The notes under the pieces are model-generated. The model saw nothing but the letters and a program-made list of their open reading frames with translations. It did not search any database and was not told the DNA's origin. The translations under genes and the position numbers were made by a program. A DNA stretch of 64,000 nt from Protoeuglena noctilucae (Eukaryota): positions 744,001 through 808,000 of the forward strand of contig OY253674.1 in the NCBI GenBank assembly GCA_958009085.1, read 5' to 3'. Below, one piece after another: positions 62,399 through 64,000 of the stretch (position 1 is its first letter; every line of letters starts with the position of its first letter).

Positions 62399-63392
62399 TC
62401 AGGTCCCCATGCGCTGGGTGACGTTGTCGTACATTTGCGCGGCTCGGTCGAGCTGGGCGTCTGTGACGCGGGAGAGGTTCCCCATCCAGAAGATCTCGGC
62501 GGCCCGACTGTAGAGGGGCCCCAGGCCCCGCAGACTCAGGGTGGACCTGCGAGGATGCAACCGGTTGCATCCTACGGTGAGCTGTGACCCGTGGCAGCGT
62601 CGTCCATGCACCACCAGGCCCTCAGGCAGCTCGGAAAGGCGGCCTCACCCGAATACAAAGATGCCGTCCGCCTCGTGCTCCTTTGCAACGAGCTCTGTGA
62701 CGGGCGAGCCGAGCTGACGTCTCGAGGGATTTCAAAGCTGTGCGTGGAAGGCGCTCGCAGCTGCATGCGGCTTAGCTCACCAGGAAACCTCCCAGCGTCG
62801 CGGGCTTCTGGGAAAGAGCGGATGAGCTCGCAGACATGCTCCAAACCCGACGCCTCCGTGGAGACCGCGGCTCGCCCGCCGGAGACGCGCTCGATGTCGT
62901 CCACGCGCGATCCGTGACGATCATGAACGCGAACCTGTTGCACTCCCTTGCTCCGCGCCCATTTCAGCACGCGGCTGAGCCCCTCGAGCGTCCTCTCGTC
63001 CCACGCGTTGTGCGCGTCCTGCGCGGTCGAGCAGCCGGGTTCGCCGAGCGTTGGCGGCGCGTTGGATTGCATGTTACATATGGGATATGTAAGTGCATGT
63101 TCCATCCTTAAAAGCGGCGAGAGCTGGGCGAACTCCCGAGCGCACGCACCTCCGGCAGGATTACGCACAGGTTGCGTAGAGGCGGGGGCCGCGACCCCCT
63201 CTTCGGGCCTTCTCTCTTAGGTCGAAGCCCAAGCAGCGCCTTGACGTCCTGCCAGGCGCTCCGGCAGAGAAGCAGAACGGTGACGACCGCGAGCAGCACC
63301 CAGGCGACGAGCCCCGTCAGCGCTGCCGGCGCGGGCGATCGGGAAACGGTCGACGCAGCTTTATTGTCCGCGTGGGACTCCCTTGCGGCCAT
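62399..63392 (-). CDS. NUS1: NUS1/Nogo-B receptor-like cis-prenyltransferase subunit, multi-exon
   Basis: N-terminal TM segment; 'LRNLCVILPE', 'LSRVLKWARSKGVQQVRVHDRHG', 'ADGIFVFG', 'RAAEIFWMG', and C-terminal RxG 'QRMGT*'. Confidence 0.75.
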
Positions 63393-63659
63393 TCACGTCC
63401 AGTGGACAGCCCGGGAAGGGACCTCCCACGTCCAGCGCAGGCGCGGTGGAGCGGGAGCAAAGCTGTTCCTGCTTCAACCGCAGCACTGAACCAAACGGCG
63501 CGAAGCCTGGAAGTGGGCGTGTGCGCTTCTCGCTTCCGCATACGTCGCATCCATCCAAAGCCGCTGACGCTGCCCTGACCGCACTCATGTCAGCTCCGCC
63601 TCGCCAGAAAGACAGCCAGAACTGATGCCGAGCCTGGTGCGCCGCATTCATGTCCATGT

Positions 63660-64000
63660 TCATGCAGGAGCTCCCTCGGCACCCCCAAGCCGCGGCAGGG
63701 CCTCCATCTCGACGTCCGCGTCGTCCGGCACCGCAGGCGCCCGCGCTGCCCTCGAGAACCACCGCAGTTTGCCTTCGCCTGCGCGTCCCGGTGGCTTGCC
63801 CTCCTGCCCGCCGCCCTTAGCCACCCCTCCTCCCGTCGCCAGCTCCCGCATGATGGGCGCCCCCGTCACGACCTCCCCGGGCACCTCGCCTCCCTCCCCC
63901 GCCGCCGCCCCCGCCATGCCAGGGCCCCTGGCCGGCCCTCCCTCCTTGGCCGCCTCCACCACCGCTGCGACCTTCGCCGCCACCTCCGCCGCCTTCGGAG
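63660..64000 (-). CDS. 3' end of a hypothetical protein (gene begins beyond the window end)
   Basis: An open frame runs from the window edge to TGA at 63660 with GC3-rich, Ala/Gly/Glu coding-like composition; no recognisable domain. Confidence 0.5.
   Translation of the reverse strand, partial: PKAAEVAAKVAAVVEAAKEGGPARGPGMAGAAAGEGGEVPGEVVTGAPIMRELATGGGVAKGGGQEGKPPGRAGEGKLRWFSRAARAPAVPDDADVEMEALPRLGGAEGAPA

Overview
This is a gene-dense, very GC-rich eukaryotic nuclear window, not prokaryotic. It is most likely from a compact green-algal (chlorophyte) genome, inferred from the plant/algal-type gene families, the predicted plastid-targeted proteins and the many short (about 80-250 nt) spliceosomal introns. 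I reconstructed about 20 intron-containing protein genes by hand: a TFIIIC-90-like WD protein with tandem Agenet domains (3' end runs off the window), HVA22-like, VPS2, DUF760, ICME, RBM28/NOP4, an RCC1-UBA-HECT (HERC-like) ligase, IMPDH, an Nsl1/Mis14-like protein, a RimM-PRC/GYW-repeat protein, a GNAT abutting a 2H-phosphoesterase, a ~4,700-aa coiled-coil giant, an EF-hand protein, RPB6, an EF1B-gamma-type GST domain spliced in frame onto alanyl-tRNA synthetase, a mini-Vps18-like RING protein, LepA/GUF1, NUS1 and one partial gene. The standard genetic code is used. I found no tRNA, rRNA, CRISPR array or mobile element. The most notable signals are the GST-AlaRS fusion, the ATGA-overlapping (or splice-fused) GNAT/2H pair, a high frequency of phase-0 AG|GCGAG GC-AG introns, an in-frame TAG at a conserved Gln of the HERC-like gene, and Agenet insertions in a TFIIIC subunit. 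All family calls come from recognising motifs, not from database searches, and exon boundaries are manual predictions. CDS coordinates give the whole gene span including introns.
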